A stretch of 32,000 nt of DNA from Chloroflexota bacterium (GTDB taxonomy: Bacteria; Chloroflexota; Anaerolineae; Anaerolineales; Villigracilaceae). The stretch spans positions 6,242 through 38,241 of the forward strand of contig JACRLC010000064.1 in the NCBI GenBank assembly GCA_016235425.1, given 5' to 3'. This document shows, piece after piece, positions 31,507 through 32,000 of the stretch (positions are counted from its first letter, which is position 1; each line of letters opens with the position of its first letter). The notes under the pieces were generated by a model. That model did not search any database. It saw only the letters and a list, made by a program, of their open reading frames with translations, and was not told the DNA's origin. Both the position numbers and the translations under genes were made by a program.

Positions 31507-31941
31507 ATGAACTGTCCCGAATGTGGCGCAATTGACAACGCATGTGAATCTCGATTCCACGAATTCCTCGTCAAAGAATTCGAGGGCGTGGGCTGCGGCG
31601 CGGTCCACCACTTGACCGTGGCCGCGTACATGCTCCAGCACTCCAGCAAGTTGACGCGCGAAGGCTGGCTCCATGAGCGAGAGTTATTGAGAGAGTTCCT
31701 TGTGGAGAAGAAACCGCCCTCGTTCATCCGCAAGCAAAACAGGGACTTGGTGGACAGCGGCAAACGAAATTTCAAAATTAAGTCGAGAGACGGCTTGCCT
31801 GTCATCAATAAAACCACATGGACGAAGACGATATTGGATGTCCGCGTGGAGAATGCGGAAGTTTATTGTGAAGATGTGAACGCATGGGCGAGGTCCGCGC
31901 TGGAAGATTCAGAAGGAATGTTCTTAAAAGATTTGCGCTAA
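31507..31941 (+). CDS. hypothetical protein with N-terminal CPxC motif
   Basis: Likely start MNCPECGAIDNACESRFHEF at 31507, with tggag upstream. Conserved-looking but unassigned. Confidence 0.55.
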   Translation: MNCPECGAIDNACESRFHEFLVKEFEGVGCGAVHHLTVAAYMLQHSSKLTREGWLHERELLREFLVEKKPPSFIRKQNRDLVDSGKRNFKIKSRDGLPVINKTTWTKTILDVRVENAEVYCEDVNAWARSALEDSEGMFLKDLR

Positions 31942-31950
31942 GGAACAACT

Positions 31951-32000
31951 ATGCAAACCTATTACCTTACACCACGCTTCAAGTTCATTTCAAAAATAGT
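31951..32000 (+). CDS. start of an ORF running off the window
   Basis: aaggaa RBS and ATG at 31951 (MQTYYLTPRFKFISKI). Too short to judge. Confidence 0.25.
   Translation, partial: MQTYYLTPRFKFISKI

Overview
This is a chromosomal window from a moderately GC-rich bacterium; the taxon cannot be determined from sequence alone. The backbone carries ordinary housekeeping and accessory genes:
- a truncated aminotransferase and a kinase-like membrane protein
- an SH3b lipoprotein, an MFS transporter with a coupled methyltransferase, and an orphan Flp pilin
- hutI, a 7TM-PAS-GGDEF cyclase, an arginase, a CheY-like receiver and an IMPase
- a NodB deacetylase, surE, a thioredoxin, a Nudix hydrolase and miaB
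- a GcvT-like protein and an ArsR/PBP regulator
- six tRNA genes: Met-CAT, Gly-TCC, Arg-GCG, Lys-TTT, Ser-TGA and Ser-GCT

The main finding is an integrated element of about 9.0 kb (13940-22933). It is bounded by a perfect 35-bp direct repeat, and the right copy of that repeat is the 3' part of the intact tRNA-Met. Its gene set reads as a filamentous (inovirus-like) prophage:
- a divergent XRE repressor switch
- a small OB-like protein
- three tandem signal-less mini coat proteins
- a g3p-like secreted and anchored protein
- a Zot/pI-like P-loop ATPase
- a membrane-anchored 3D/DPBB-like protein at the position where a secretin would be expected
- an iteron-rich intergenic region
- a Rep_trans rolling-circle initiator
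- an Xis-like HTH/zinc-ribbon protein and a tyrosine integrase

It has no capsid, terminase, tail or secretin genes.

Secondary observations:
- An AT-rich islet holds a 19-codon TIR-type gene stub fused against a decayed SIR2-like gene, possibly a Thoeris-like remnant.
- A SAM-I riboswitch carries a roughly 90-nt P3 insertion with strict 8-nt periodicity and controls non-canonical genes.
- A second tRNA 3'-end duplication lies after tRNA-Ser(GCT).
- Several consensus promoters and terminators are present.

All calls rest on reading motifs by eye. No searches or computations were run.
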